Origin: a virus
Virus record (IMG/VR): IMGVR_UViG_3300037067_022550
Length of the DNA stretch: 64,000 bases
Reading direction: 5' to 3' (one strand)
Shown here: positions 29,594-38,776 of the stretch, one piece after another
Position numbering within the stretch: the stretch's first letter is position 1
How the letters are laid out: the number at the start of each line of letters is the position of its first letter
Made by a program: the position numbers and the translations under genes
Notes under the pieces: generated by a model
What the model saw: the letters and a program-made list of their open reading frames with translations, nothing else
Database searches by the model: none
What the model was told of the DNA's origin: nothing

Positions 29594-30139
29594 TTAACTA
29601 ATTGCATTTTCAATAGCTTCTTTTCTTCTATATGAAGATTTATGTATTACATCTTCAACATACAAAGTAAATTCTTTCCAATTGAATTCATCATTTAAAA
29701 CATTGCTAAACTTTTTCGTTTGATCATTTTGAGACCAAACCAAAAAAGACAAGTTGCCAGGATGTCCAAGTGCTACTCCTTCATAAATAAAAACATTTCT
29801 TCCGTAATTTAGCATATAAACAAAAGATGTCCCATAATCTACAGTAAGAGCTATAGACCTAAGAAAAGAAGTTCCTTCAACAATTACTTCGATTTCTTTA
29901 TAATTGCTAATTACTTTTGCATCTTTAAGTATTTTTGCTATAAAAGACAATTTAGCATAGGTTAAATCAACTTCCATTTTAAAATCTGATAAAGCTTTTT
30001 CTATAGAACTAGAAAACTTACCAATAAATTTATCATGTTTTTCTTTAACTGATTCTAAAACATCTTGATAATCAATTACATTTTGTAATCTATTCATCTT
30101 TTTTTTGTACTCCTTTGCTTTCTGAATTTTTAAATTCAT
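29594..30139 (-). CDS. hypothetical protein
   Basis: 181-aa ORF. Confidence 0.4.
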   Translation of the reverse strand: MNLKIQKAKEYKKKMNRLQNVIDYQDVLESVKEKHDKFIGKFSSSIEKALSDFKMEVDLTYAKLSFIAKILKDAKVISNYKEIEVIVEGTSFLRSIALTVDYGTSFVYMLNYGRNVFIYEGVALGHPGNLSFLVWSQNDQTKKFSNVLNDEFNWKEFTLYVEDVIHKSSYRRKEAIENAIS

Positions 30140-30674
30140 CTCCTCCTTTAAAAAGATGGACAGGGAATTTAAGAGTTGAATTCTTGATAAGAACAGGATT
30201 TTGATAAAATCCTCTTGCTTCTTCTGAATAATATGGCTTAAATATTGGAAAATTATTAATAATTATGTCATCTTCTATTTTTATTTCTGTACCAATTAAA
30301 TTAGTGCTTTCTATATATGGAAAAGGGGCTTCTTCAATTAAACCTATATTATCATAAGGAATAATTACAATTCTTGGAATCAAAATAAAAGCTCTGGTAA
30401 CTTCAACAATATTAATCTCTTTATTGTTTTCAATTTGTCTTTCAAGCTTTTGCTCACTTTCACAAAAACCAAACTCGCATTTTGGTTGATTTTTCTTATC
30501 AAACATATACATAAGACGCTCTAATGAAACATTGCCAATAAGATTTTGTTCTCCTTTTTCGTCAACAACAATATTATGTGTAGATCCACCTTTTTTAAGA
30601 ACAATAGAATATCCTTTATCTATATTAATTTTATCAATCATTTCTCCATATGGTGCTGAAAAAGTTTTGTTCAT
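30090..30674 (-). CDS. hypothetical protein
   Basis: 194-aa ORF. Confidence 0.4.
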   Translation of the reverse strand: MNKTFSAPYGEMIDKINIDKGYSIVLKKGGSTHNIVVDEKGEQNLIGNVSLERLMYMFDKKNQPKCEFGFCESEQKLERQIENNKEINIVEVTRAFILIPRIVIIPYDNIGLIEEAPFPYIESTNLIGTEIKIEDDIIINNFPIFKPYYSEEARGFYQNPVLIKNSTLKFPVHLFKGGDEFKNSESKGVQKKDE

Positions 30675-30828
30675 AATGTTTTCTCCTTATTTATTATTAA
30701 TTTTATTATCACTTCATAAAACTATTATTTTTCTATTTGCAACCTACATTATACAACAAAAAAATATTTGCAAGGGTTTTTAAAATAAAAAAAGAATTAT
30801 ATAATTAAGTTAAGTAAAACGAAATATT

Positions 30829-31767
30829 TTGATAAGGAGATATATGCCTAATATAATACAACTTTTAATCAATTTATTCAGAAATATAAATAAAAAAGAA
30901 GAAGATTTAATACCACAAGGCACTAACACACCTTCAGTTCAAATTATTGTTCCTGCACCAATTACTCTCCCAGTATTAACGGCTGGTAAGAAAAGGGGAC
31001 TATTTCTCGGGATTAATGACTATCCTGGCTCATCAAATGACTTGAGGGGTTGCTTAAATGATGATATTGAATGGATTTCATTGCTAAAAGATTGTTATAA
31101 ACTTGATGAGATTACTAATTTAACAAACAGCCAATGTACTATAGCAAATGTTAAAAAATATATGACGGAAATAATTAATGTTTCTATGCCCAACGACGTA
31201 TTAATTATTCAATATAGTGGACACGGATCTTATAGAGCAGACATGCATAATGATGAAATTGATGGTAAAGACGAAGCCATTGTTATGTATGATGGTTTTA
31301 TAATAGATGATGAAATTGAAGAAATGTTATCAAAAATAAAAAATGGCGTAAGAACAACTATTATACTTGATTCATGCTTTAGCGGTAGCGGAACTAGATC
31401 ATTTAACTTTAATGATGAAAGCTTTTATAGAGTAGGAAGATTCATGCCTCCAAAGGATAATGGTAAAATAATGGGTCTAAAAATAAAAAGCAGGGTATTT
31501 AGATCTATTGGAAAAACAGAAGAAGAAATGAATCATATTTTAATTTCTGGTTGTTCTGATTCAGAAGTAAGCTATGATGCTGAATTTAATGGAAAATATT
31601 ATGGTGCCATGAGTTATTATGCCACAAAAGTTTTAAGAGAAAATCCCATGATTACATATACTGAATTTTATAAAAAGTTAAGAGAAAAACTACCTAGTTC
31701 CATGTACCCTCAAACTCCCCAACTTGAAGGAAAATCTGAGTTTAAGAACATAATAATGTTTAGTTAA
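30829..31767 (+). CDS. caspase-family (peptidase C14, metacaspase-like) protein
   Basis: AAGGAG RBS. KRGLFLGINDYPGSSNDLRGCLND, catalytic His in IQYSGHGSY, and catalytic Cys in ILDSCFSGSG. Confidence 0.6.
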   Translation: MIRRYMPNIIQLLINLFRNINKKEEDLIPQGTNTPSVQIIVPAPITLPVLTAGKKRGLFLGINDYPGSSNDLRGCLNDDIEWISLLKDCYKLDEITNLTNSQCTIANVKKYMTEIINVSMPNDVLIIQYSGHGSYRADMHNDEIDGKDEAIVMYDGFIIDDEIEEMLSKIKNGVRTTIILDSCFSGSGTRSFNFNDESFYRVGRFMPPKDNGKIMGLKIKSRVFRSIGKTEEEMNHILISGCSDSEVSYDAEFNGKYYGAMSYYATKVLRENPMITYTEFYKKLREKLPSSMYPQTPQLEGKSEFKNIIMFS

Positions 31768-32327
31768 TCCAACATTTTTGCCATATCTGTAAGTTCTTTT
31801 GAAATTTTTAAAAAACTGTTTTTAGAATTAACTTTGCCAATGTTTCTGATCTTTATTCTAGACACCCTTGCCATATGTAGAGTCGGTTTCCAATCATATT
31901 CTATCGTATTGGTATCAATAATATCTGTTAAAACAATTTCTTTAATACCTGATTGAATAATTGTTTTCATACACTCGTTACATGGTAAATACTTGCGTTC
32001 AGAATAAACATACATTGTAGAACCGTTCAAATCTCTCGTAGCATTAAGAATGGCATTTATTTCGCAATGTATGACATATGGATATTTTGTTTTATATCTT
32101 TCTTTAGAATCTTTTGACCAAGGGTAATTATCATCATCTCCTAATGGCATTCCAGAATATCCCATAGATATAAGTCTACGATTAATAGGATTAACAATAG
32201 CTGCTCCATGTTTAGTAGATGGGTCTTTAGATCTCATAGATGCTAAAGCTGCAATTCCCATAAATAATTCATCCCAATTCAATTTTGCTTCAATTATTTT
32301 CATTTTTTCTCCTATCTTGAGGGGCAT
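31764..32327 (-). CDS. dCMP deaminase (cytidine/deoxycytidylate deaminase family)
   Basis: HCEINAI zinc-binding motif and PCNECMKTIIQSGI. Confidence 0.75.
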   Translation of the reverse strand: MPLKIGEKMKIIEAKLNWDELFMGIAALASMRSKDPSTKHGAAIVNPINRRLISMGYSGMPLGDDDNYPWSKDSKERYKTKYPYVIHCEINAILNATRDLNGSTMYVYSERKYLPCNECMKTIIQSGIKEIVLTDIIDTNTIEYDWKPTLHMARVSRIKIRNIGKVNSKNSFLKISKELTDMAKMLD

Positions 32328-32673
32328 CTATATTGTCTAACCTAATAGCTTCTGCTAAAATTAACAAGGCGTTTCTAACTCTAGGAGATTGCCATCCTCC
32401 AATTAAAGGCATTCTAAATCTCATAGATAAATGATAATCTTCCTCATCAGGTTTACTCAAAATAGTTATCCAACCGTCACCATCCTGAGTAAATTGAACA
32501 GAAATATTACCGTTATAACTATCATCTTCAAACCTAGAATACGAATTTTGAGTTTCTATAGTATCTATCCAAAAAGGTTTTTCAAGTAATTTTTTAACAA
32601 TTTTTGCAATCTTTTTATTTTCTGATTTTTCATCCATATAACCATCCAAGTTCTTTGTTCTTCTATATAACAC
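32290..32673 (-). CDS. hypothetical protein
   Basis: 127-aa ORF. Confidence 0.35.
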   Translation of the reverse strand: MLYRRTKNLDGYMDEKSENKKIAKIVKKLLEKPFWIDTIETQNSYSRFEDDSYNGNISVQFTQDGDGWITILSKPDEEDYHLSMRFRMPLIGGWQSPRVRNALLILAEAIRLDNIDAPQDRRKNENN

Positions 32674-32811
32674 TAAATGTTCTATTTGATATAATAACTT
32701 ATCTTTCAGTTATTTCTCTTGACAATATTTGGCTACTTGGTATATTTAATTGTGTTTTTGAAAAGAAAGATTTATAAATTTCAACTATAATTATACATAA
32801 AAATAATAAAA

Positions 32812-33879
32812 ATGGCAAAAAACATGGAAACAAAAGATTATATAAATGAATTAAAAAAGATATTTTCACAAGAAAACGAAAAAGTAGTTATTTTTATAGG
32901 TCATCCAGACCCGGATTCTATTGGTTCTGGCATGGGAATTAAATTGCTATTGCAAAACATAAGTAAGTCTGATTGCACCATTGTTTATTCTGGGGAAATT
33001 TCTCATCCTCAAAATAGAACATTAGTCAATGTTCTCAATATAGATTTAATAGAGCAAGAAAAATTCTTTCTCGATAATAAAAATGAAATCTGTAAAAAAT
33101 ATTCAAAATTTGTATGGGTAGATAGCGTTCCGAGAGAAAAATTTTCAGAAGAAATAAAGCCATCATTAGTTATTGATCACCATAAAACTAATTATGACAA
33201 AAATGGTTCTATTGTTGATATAAGAAATGTTGGAGCTTGTTGCTCTATCGTTTGGGAATACATTAAAAATTCCGGTTATAAACTATCTCCAGATAAAGAA
33301 TCTGACACAAAAATAGCTATTGCAATGCTTTTCGGAATTAAAACAGATACTGGAGATTTAATTTCAGATAACACAACTGATCTAGACTTTATAGCATATC
33401 AAGATTTAGCAGTTATAGTTAAAGAAAACAATATATCAGATATTATTAATTATAAATATCCTGCTTACTTTTTTGAAGTTAGATCAAGATTAGATGAAGA
33501 AGGTAATTCAGTTATAAAAGATTCTTTTTTTATTGGAGGAATAGAATTTATCTCCCCAGTAAGACGAGATTGTTTGCCAATGCTAGCTGATGAAAGGGTT
33601 AGGATGGAAGGCATTTCAACATCCATTTTGTATGCCATTGTTGGAGACAATCTAGAGGTAAGTATTAGAAGCAATAATCCGGCTATTGATGTAAATAAAT
33701 TGTGTAAAGATATTTTTGGAGAAGACTATGCTGGTGGAAGAACAGGAGCAGGAGCAGCAAGAGTTCCATTAGGTATTTTAAGTGCTAGTACCATGTCAGA
33801 CGACGATAAGAAAATTATATGGGGAGCATATCGTTCAATTATACTACATAAAATATTACATTATTGTGGCGGTCATTAA
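32812..33879 (+). CDS. DHH-family phosphoesterase (NrnA-like nanoRNase/pAp phosphatase)
   Basis: GHPDPDSIGSG, VIDHHKT (DHH), and C-terminal GGH, which is DHHA1-like. Confidence 0.6.
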   Translation: MAKNMETKDYINELKKIFSQENEKVVIFIGHPDPDSIGSGMGIKLLLQNISKSDCTIVYSGEISHPQNRTLVNVLNIDLIEQEKFFLDNKNEICKKYSKFVWVDSVPREKFSEEIKPSLVIDHHKTNYDKNGSIVDIRNVGACCSIVWEYIKNSGYKLSPDKESDTKIAIAMLFGIKTDTGDLISDNTTDLDFIAYQDLAVIVKENNISDIINYKYPAYFFEVRSRLDEEGNSVIKDSFFIGGIEFISPVRRDCLPMLADERVRMEGISTSILYAIVGDNLEVSIRSNNPAIDVNKLCKDIFGEDYAGGRTGAGAARVPLGILSASTMSDDDKKIIWGAYRSIILHKILHYCGGH

Positions 33880-34406
33880 GGAGTCAAGGAGCTTAAACTA
33901 GATTCTGAACTTTGACTGCTTGGGCTACTTAAACTTGACTCTGAACTTTGACTTGATACTGAGCTTATACTTGAACTGCTTGCACTAGACTGAGAAACTA
34001 TAGAACTTGAACTTCCAGAACTTGCAGAACTTATACTACTTGATGAAAGACTTTGCGAACTAGAACTTGCCGAACTTTGAGTTGTTCTAGAACTACTAGA
34101 AGAACTTGACCCTGTAGATTCAGAACTTGAACTAGAAGACAACATTCTTCCTCCAGAAACTTCATCCATGATAACTACAGCCCGTGCTTTAAGTTCTTCT
34201 GTTACATCATAATTTGGAGCAGGTAGATTAAGAACTATTTCTGCAGGAACAGCAACACCAGTACCAAAAACCTTTTGCCCTGTTGAACATCTTATATAGT
34301 AATTTGGATACCCGGAATGACTTTGATTAACAACAGCATTTTCAACAGTAAAATCAATATTATAATTTATATCATAAATTTCATCATAAACTTGAATTGT
34401 TGCCAT
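33876..34406 (-). CDS. protein with serine-rich low-complexity C-terminal tail
   Basis: The C-terminal roughly 90 aa are almost pure S/T/Q repeats (SSSSSESTGSSSSSSSRTTQSS...). Confidence 0.4.
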   Translation of the reverse strand: MATIQVYDEIYDINYNIDFTVENAVVNQSHSGYPNYYIRCSTGQKVFGTGVAVPAEIVLNLPAPNYDVTEELKARAVVIMDEVSGGRMLSSSSSSESTGSSSSSSSRTTQSSASSSSQSLSSSSISSASSGSSSSIVSQSSASSSSISSVSSQSSESSLSSPSSQSSESSLSSLTP

Positions 34407-34552
34407 ATTTTATTCTCCTTTTAAGAATATTTACATATTATTCTTACTTCATTTAAATTTAACCTTTTTATTTGGTTATATTTATTAAATATTTCTTTTT
34501 ATTGAAATATTATTAACTAAGAATATGGCAAAATCCTTTATTTAATAAAAAG

Positions 34553-34624
34553 AGCACCTTGAGGGAATCGAACCCCCGTCTGAAAGTTTGCAGCTTTCTG
34601 CCTGAACCACTCGACCAAAGGTGC
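34553..34624 (-). tRNA. tRNA-Cys (GCA)
   Basis: Cloverleaf fits. Anticodon stem GAAAG/CTTTC with loop CTGCAAA, and T-arm GGGGGTTCGATTCCC. Confidence 0.65.
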
Positions 34625-34631
34625 TTGAAAA

Positions 34632-34710
34632 TGGTGGGGGAGAAGGGAGTTGAACCCATATTTTCGGATTTTCAGTCCGTTTCCGATTGACCGCGTTGGA
34701 ACACTCCCCC
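34632..34710 (-). tRNA. tRNA-Phe (GAA), somewhat irregular D-arm
   Basis: Acceptor GGGGGAG/CTCCCCC, anticodon loop CTGAAAA, T-loop TTCAACT, and CCA encoded. Confidence 0.55.
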
Positions 34711-34724
34711 ATTACAAGTAAAAC

Positions 34725-34800
34725 TGGTAGTGTCGGTGGGATTCAAACCCACAATTTCAAGCTTCGGAGGCTTGTGCCCTATTCATTAGGCTACAACACT
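34725..34800 (-). tRNA. tRNA-Arg (CCG)
   Basis: Anticodon stem CAAGC/GCTTG with loop CTCCGAA; T-arm GTGGGTTTGAATCCCAC. Confidence 0.65.
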
Positions 34801-34803
34801 ATT

Positions 34804-34884
34804 GGTAGCCCTGACAGGATTTGAACCTGCATTTTCATTTCCATTATGCACTTGACGGGTAGAAACCGCCGCCACTACAGGGCT
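34804..34884 (-). tRNA. tRNA, anticodon undetermined (irregular anticodon/variable region)
   Basis: Acceptor AGCCCTG/CAGGGCT, T-arm GCAGGTTCAAATCCTGT and CCA are clear. No clean 5-7-5 anticodon arm was found. Confidence 0.45.
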
Positions 34885-34891
34885 ATAAAAA

Positions 34892-34982
34892 TGGTGGCGT
34901 CGGATGGATTTGAACCACCAGCGTTTAGCCATAGGCACCTGATTTACAGTCAGGCGGTTTCAGCCAATTCACCCACGACGCC
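34892..34982 (-). tRNA. tRNA-Tyr (GTA), class II long variable arm
   Basis: Anticodon stem CCTGA/TCAGG with loop CTGTAAA; long variable arm; T-arm GGTGGTTCAAATCCATC. Confidence 0.65.
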
Positions 34983-35044
34983 ATAAACTAAATTTTTCAA
35001 AGAGCAATCAACACTTTATATCAATTTCCATAAGCCATCCACAC

Positions 35045-35088
35045 GCAAAAAACCCTTCATCCAGCAGTTGCCCAGATGAAGGGTTGTT
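35045..35088 (-). terminator. rho-independent terminator
   Basis: CCCTTCATC-N13-GATGAAGGG stem followed by a T6 run on the minus strand. Confidence 0.65.
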
Positions 35089-35213
35089 TAAGTGCTATTA
35101 TCTATGAACAGACTCCAGCAACCACGCCTTCAACGGGCATGTTTCTAAAGTAACAATAATATCTGTTCCGTAATGTGTTCATAATTCTTTCTTATTCCTT
35201 ATTTATTCTTATA

Positions 35214-35241
35214 TTTATACAACAAATCCTTTATTTGTCAA
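35214..35241 (-). promoter_or_regulatory. sigma70-type promoter (TTGACA-N16-TATAAA), copy 1 of a thrice-repeated promoter cassette
   Basis: Minus strand reads TTGACAAATAAAGGATTTGTTGTATAAAT with an AT-rich UP element. Nearly identical cassettes are at 56781-56809 and 56943-56970. Confidence 0.6.
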
Positions 35242-35289
35242 GATTTATTTTAAAAAACTTTTCACATATGTTTTTTTAACCTACATTTA

Positions 35290-35679
35290 TTAATATAAAG
35301 ATTTTATTTTTTTATCTTTTTTACCATCAATAACAAAAGAAGAAATAATTGATGGCCTATTAACAAGTACACCAAATTTTTTTCCTATTAAATAAACAGC
35401 TAAATCAAATGTTGTTTTGTTTCCAGATATAAATTTATTTTCATTAACCATTTTTTGTAATTGATCATATAGATTTGCTTCTTTTAGGAACGGAATTAAA
35501 CTTAGATATAACTTTTTATAATATTTACTTCTACTACATATTACTGTTGCTTTTAGATTTCTAAACAATTTTGGTTGGTTTTGTTTAGCACAAGGTTTGC
35601 TGCATGAAGTATTCAATTCACTATTCATAGATTCCATCATAATTTCATTCAATTTTACTCTTAATTTTGATGTTCTCAT
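35290..35679 (-). CDS. hypothetical protein
   Basis: 129-aa ORF. Confidence 0.4.
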   Translation of the reverse strand: MRTSKLRVKLNEIMMESMNSELNTSCSKPCAKQNQPKLFRNLKATVICSRSKYYKKLYLSLIPFLKEANLYDQLQKMVNENKFISGNKTTFDLAVYLIGKKFGVLVNRPSIISSFVIDGKKDKKIKSLY

Positions 35680-35718
35680 TTAACTTTCTCCTTGTCTTTT
35701 TTATATTATACAAAATAA

Positions 35719-36162
35719 TTAACACAATTTAATTTTTTTTAAATTTTCCTTAGTCCAAGCAAAGGGTATACGTACAGCATTGGGTAAAGCATCATTAATA
35801 TTTTTTGCCCCAACTGAATTCAAACTATGTACAACAATATTCCGTGGCATAAATTGTTGGTTTTCTTCAAGGAATTTGGCAACTTCATACCCTGTGTTTT
35901 CTCCAGAAGGAACATAAGCTTCACCACCTAAATCGTGGTCTAGAAACAGAATATCCCATTTTTCATTTGATAGTTTTTGTATTGCTGTTTTAGATGAATC
36001 AGTTATTTCAACATCATAATTTATAAGATTTTTATAAAATTGTTCTTGTCTCTCAACACTATCTTCTAGTATAAGTATTCTCATTATATTTTTTTCCCAT
36101 AAGTTTCTACTAAACAATAAAGTGACAAAAATAATGCATTCATTGTAGCCAAGAAGGGGCAC
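35719..36162 (-). CDS. stand-alone response-regulator receiver (CheY-like REC) domain protein
   Basis: MRILILEDS..., the phospho-acceptor context DILFLDHDLGG, and NIVVHSLNSVGA. Confidence 0.55.
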   Translation of the reverse strand: MPLLGYNECIIFVTLLFSRNLWEKNIMRILILEDSVERQEQFYKNLINYDVEITDSSKTAIQKLSNEKWDILFLDHDLGGEAYVPSGENTGYEVAKFLEENQQFMPRNIVVHSLNSVGAKNINDALPNAVRIPFAWTKENLKKIKLC

Positions 36163-36230
36163 AAGTTTTTTAATGAAGGATAATAGTAACCATAGAAAAG
36201 ATCTTTCTCTAATTTTAATATATTCATTAT

Positions 36231-36665
36231 TTACCTCGTTTTTATAATTTTATTAAAAATTGTTTTTATAATTTTATTAAAAAGTTTCATGATTTGATGA
36301 TCTTGTATATTATCTTGATTTGAAATTAATTTACCACTAAAATCCCATTCATCATTTGAGTTTTTTATCATTGGTTCAAAAAAATCGTATTCTTTTCCAT
36401 ATTGATCTTTTACATCTTTAAAAGACGACCCCTTAACAACTATAACTCTTCCTGTTTTCTTTTTCTTTAAATAGAAAGTTAAAGATTTACCAATATTATC
36501 TATTTTTGTTTTGTTTTTTTTATTAATGAAAGAAGAACAGCTATTCATTGCAAATTTGTTTATGTTTTCAAGTTCTTTTCTTTGTATATACAATTTATAT
36601 TTTACTGGGAAAAATATCTTAAAAAGAAACATTAATTTATTTTTTAATATCTTCATAAAACTCAA
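36231..36665 (-). CDS. hypothetical protein with duplicated C-terminal heptad
   Basis: FNKIIKT is repeated because of a 22-nt tandem duplication at 36240-36290. Confidence 0.35.
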   Translation of the reverse strand: MSFMKILKNKLMFLFKIFFPVKYKLYIQRKELENINKFAMNSCSSFINKKNKTKIDNIGKSLTFYLKKKKTGRVIVVKGSSFKDVKDQYGKEYDFFEPMIKNSNDEWDFSGKLISNQDNIQDHQIMKLFNKIIKTIFNKIIKTR

Positions 36666-36966
36666 ATTTTAATTGTTTTTTATCTAATTCTTCTCTATTT
36701 TTTATTAATTTATCTGTTTCTATAATTTCTTTAATAATTTCACTACAAGTTTTATAACTACATAAATAATTATTACTATAAGGAATAACATCTTTCCAAC
36801 TATCATCTATATATGGGTAGGAAGGAAGTATTTCTTCTACATCAATATGAAAACTACAAACGTCTTCACAGATTATACTTTTTCTTGCTATTTCTTTTGC
36901 TTCTTGTTGATCCTCAGCCATAACATAAATCAAATTTTTAGCATCAGCTCTAAATAATTTTTTCAT
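36637..36966 (-). CDS. hypothetical protein
   Basis: 109-aa acidic ORF. Confidence 0.35.
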   Translation of the reverse strand: MKKLFRADAKNLIYVMAEDQQEAKEIARKSIICEDVCSFHIDVEEILPSYPYIDDSWKDVIPYSNNYLCSYKTCSEIIKEIIETDKLIKNREELDKKQLKFEFYEDIKK

Positions 36967-36973
36967 TTTTATC

Positions 36974-37402
36974 CTATTTTAATTCTTTTGAACAATAAAT
37001 AAATTTTTTACCTTTACAATAATTTCTTTTTTGAACAAAATTTAGCATATTTTTATTGGTTGATTCTACAAACATTTCTATTTCTCCTATATTTTTTGAT
37101 ATGGCAAATTTTTCAATAAATGCCAAAAGTTCATTTCCTATTCCACAATTTCTGTATTTTGAGTCAACAACAAAATCTGCAACATAAATATAACACTTGT
37201 GAATCTCAACATATATTAATCCTAAAACCTTTTTGTCAGACTCATAAACTACTATCATATTCGATTTGTTCTTGATATAGTCTTTAATATCATTAACAGT
37301 GTATTTATCATTTTTACCACCAATTAAATATTCAGAACTATTAAAAAGATCAAATAGTATTTCTGAGTCTTTGATGTTAGCAGGTCTTATTTTATTTGTC
37401 AT
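36974..37402 (-). CDS. GNAT-family N-acetyltransferase
   Basis: Motif A RNCGIGNELLAFIEKFA. Confidence 0.6.
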   Translation of the reverse strand: MTNKIRPANIKDSEILFDLFNSSEYLIGGKNDKYTVNDIKDYIKNKSNMIVVYESDKKVLGLIYVEIHKCYIYVADFVVDSKYRNCGIGNELLAFIEKFAISKNIGEIEMFVESTNKNMLNFVQKRNYCKGKKFIYCSKELK

Positions 37403-38667
37403 AAAAACAAACTACCTTTCTCTTTTGCCAATGATTCTATTCTTTTCCTACTTATTTTACAATATATTAATTCTTGATCTATACCTATGAATTTTCTATT
37501 TTCACTAATACAAGCAAGAGCCATTGATCCAGACCCCATAAAAGGATCTAATACAGTACCACCTGTTGGTGTTTTAGAAAGTTTAGTTAAAAATTTCAAA
37601 ATTCCTTGTGGTTTTACGGCAGGATGATAAATTAAATGTTTAATATCCCCTTCAGGATTGCCGTGCATGTGTTCTTTTTCTTCGGTTCTGGGATAAGCAT
37701 CATTACATATTGTACAATAAAAGAACCTATCATCAGAACTAGCTTTTGCACAATAAAAGAATCTAGATGCAGTTCCAACGTCTCCATAAGTTGTTTGAAC
37801 ATCTCCTGATTTACCTAGCCCTCCATGTTCAAGAAACTTACCTTCTCTTCTCCTTACACAATTATTGCCGCTTTTTAATATCCCACTTTGATCATCCAAT
37901 ATTTTTATAGGACAATCTGGATGGCAATCCCCCTTTTCAACTGTTTCTAATCCAGACATTTTACAATCAGGATGATGAGTTAATATTGTGTTAGATGGGA
38001 ATCTACCTTTTGAAGAACTACTTATTTCATTTCCTGCTAATCCTCCACCGTATACCTTTTTCATGCCCTTATCTGTTTTCCAACTTCCTCTTCCACCCAA
38101 TCTTGAATCTTCCCCTTCTTTTTGCAATTCAATTCTGCACTCGTCTATATTAAAACCACAAACACCCCATTTCAAAGCATTCTCAACAAAACCACCTTCA
38201 CAAGGTTTCATTGCTACAGTAATAGGTTCCCAACTAGGCTTAAGAGTAGTAGCCCAACCGTTCCATTTGTTAATTTCTTCTTCTAAATTGATATTGTCTT
38301 TTTTAGCAACTTTTTTCAAAGCATTGCAAATATTTAAACCTTTAGGCATTCCTTTCCCATACATCCACGAAATAGTGTCTATTAGTTCCCATCCAGCATC
38401 TTCTATTAAACAAGCCAACCTATGATAGGTTCTGGTATGCCCAAATGCCATTAAGATTGCACCTGGTTTACTAACCCTTAATAGTTCTTTCCAAATGTCT
38501 ATTGAAGGAAGGGCTTTGTCCCAATTATTATTCATGATTGCAAGAAGATATGGAGGATCTGTAATTACTGTATCTATCACATTATCATCCCAAGTTTTCA
38601 TAACTTCTAAACAATCTTTGTTATATAAAGAAACAAATTCGTTTTTAAAAAATAAATTATTTTCCAT
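37399..38667 (-). CDS. DNA methyltransferase (N6-adenine/N4-cytosine class, DPPY motif)
   Basis: VITDPPY motif IV near the N-terminus; C-terminal SAM-binding region FMGSGS. Confidence 0.6.
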   Translation of the reverse strand: MENNLFFKNEFVSLYNKDCLEVMKTWDDNVIDTVITDPPYLLAIMNNNWDKALPSIDIWKELLRVSKPGAILMAFGHTRTYHRLACLIEDAGWELIDTISWMYGKGMPKGLNICNALKKVAKKDNINLEEEINKWNGWATTLKPSWEPITVAMKPCEGGFVENALKWGVCGFNIDECRIELQKEGEDSRLGGRGSWKTDKGMKKVYGGGLAGNEISSSSKGRFPSNTILTHHPDCKMSGLETVEKGDCHPDCPIKILDDQSGILKSGNNCVRRREGKFLEHGGLGKSGDVQTTYGDVGTASRFFYCAKASSDDRFFYCTICNDAYPRTEEKEHMHGNPEGDIKHLIYHPAVKPQGILKFLTKLSKTPTGGTVLDPFMGSGSMALACISENRKFIGIDQELIYCKISRKRIESLAKEKGSLFL

Positions 38668-38776
38668 AAATTTGATAATTTTCTAGTTAAAACACAGTTT
38701 TTTTTAAATTATACAACAAAAAGGTATTTATACTTAAAATTTGGAATAATTAATTATATTTAATTATGGAGAAAAT

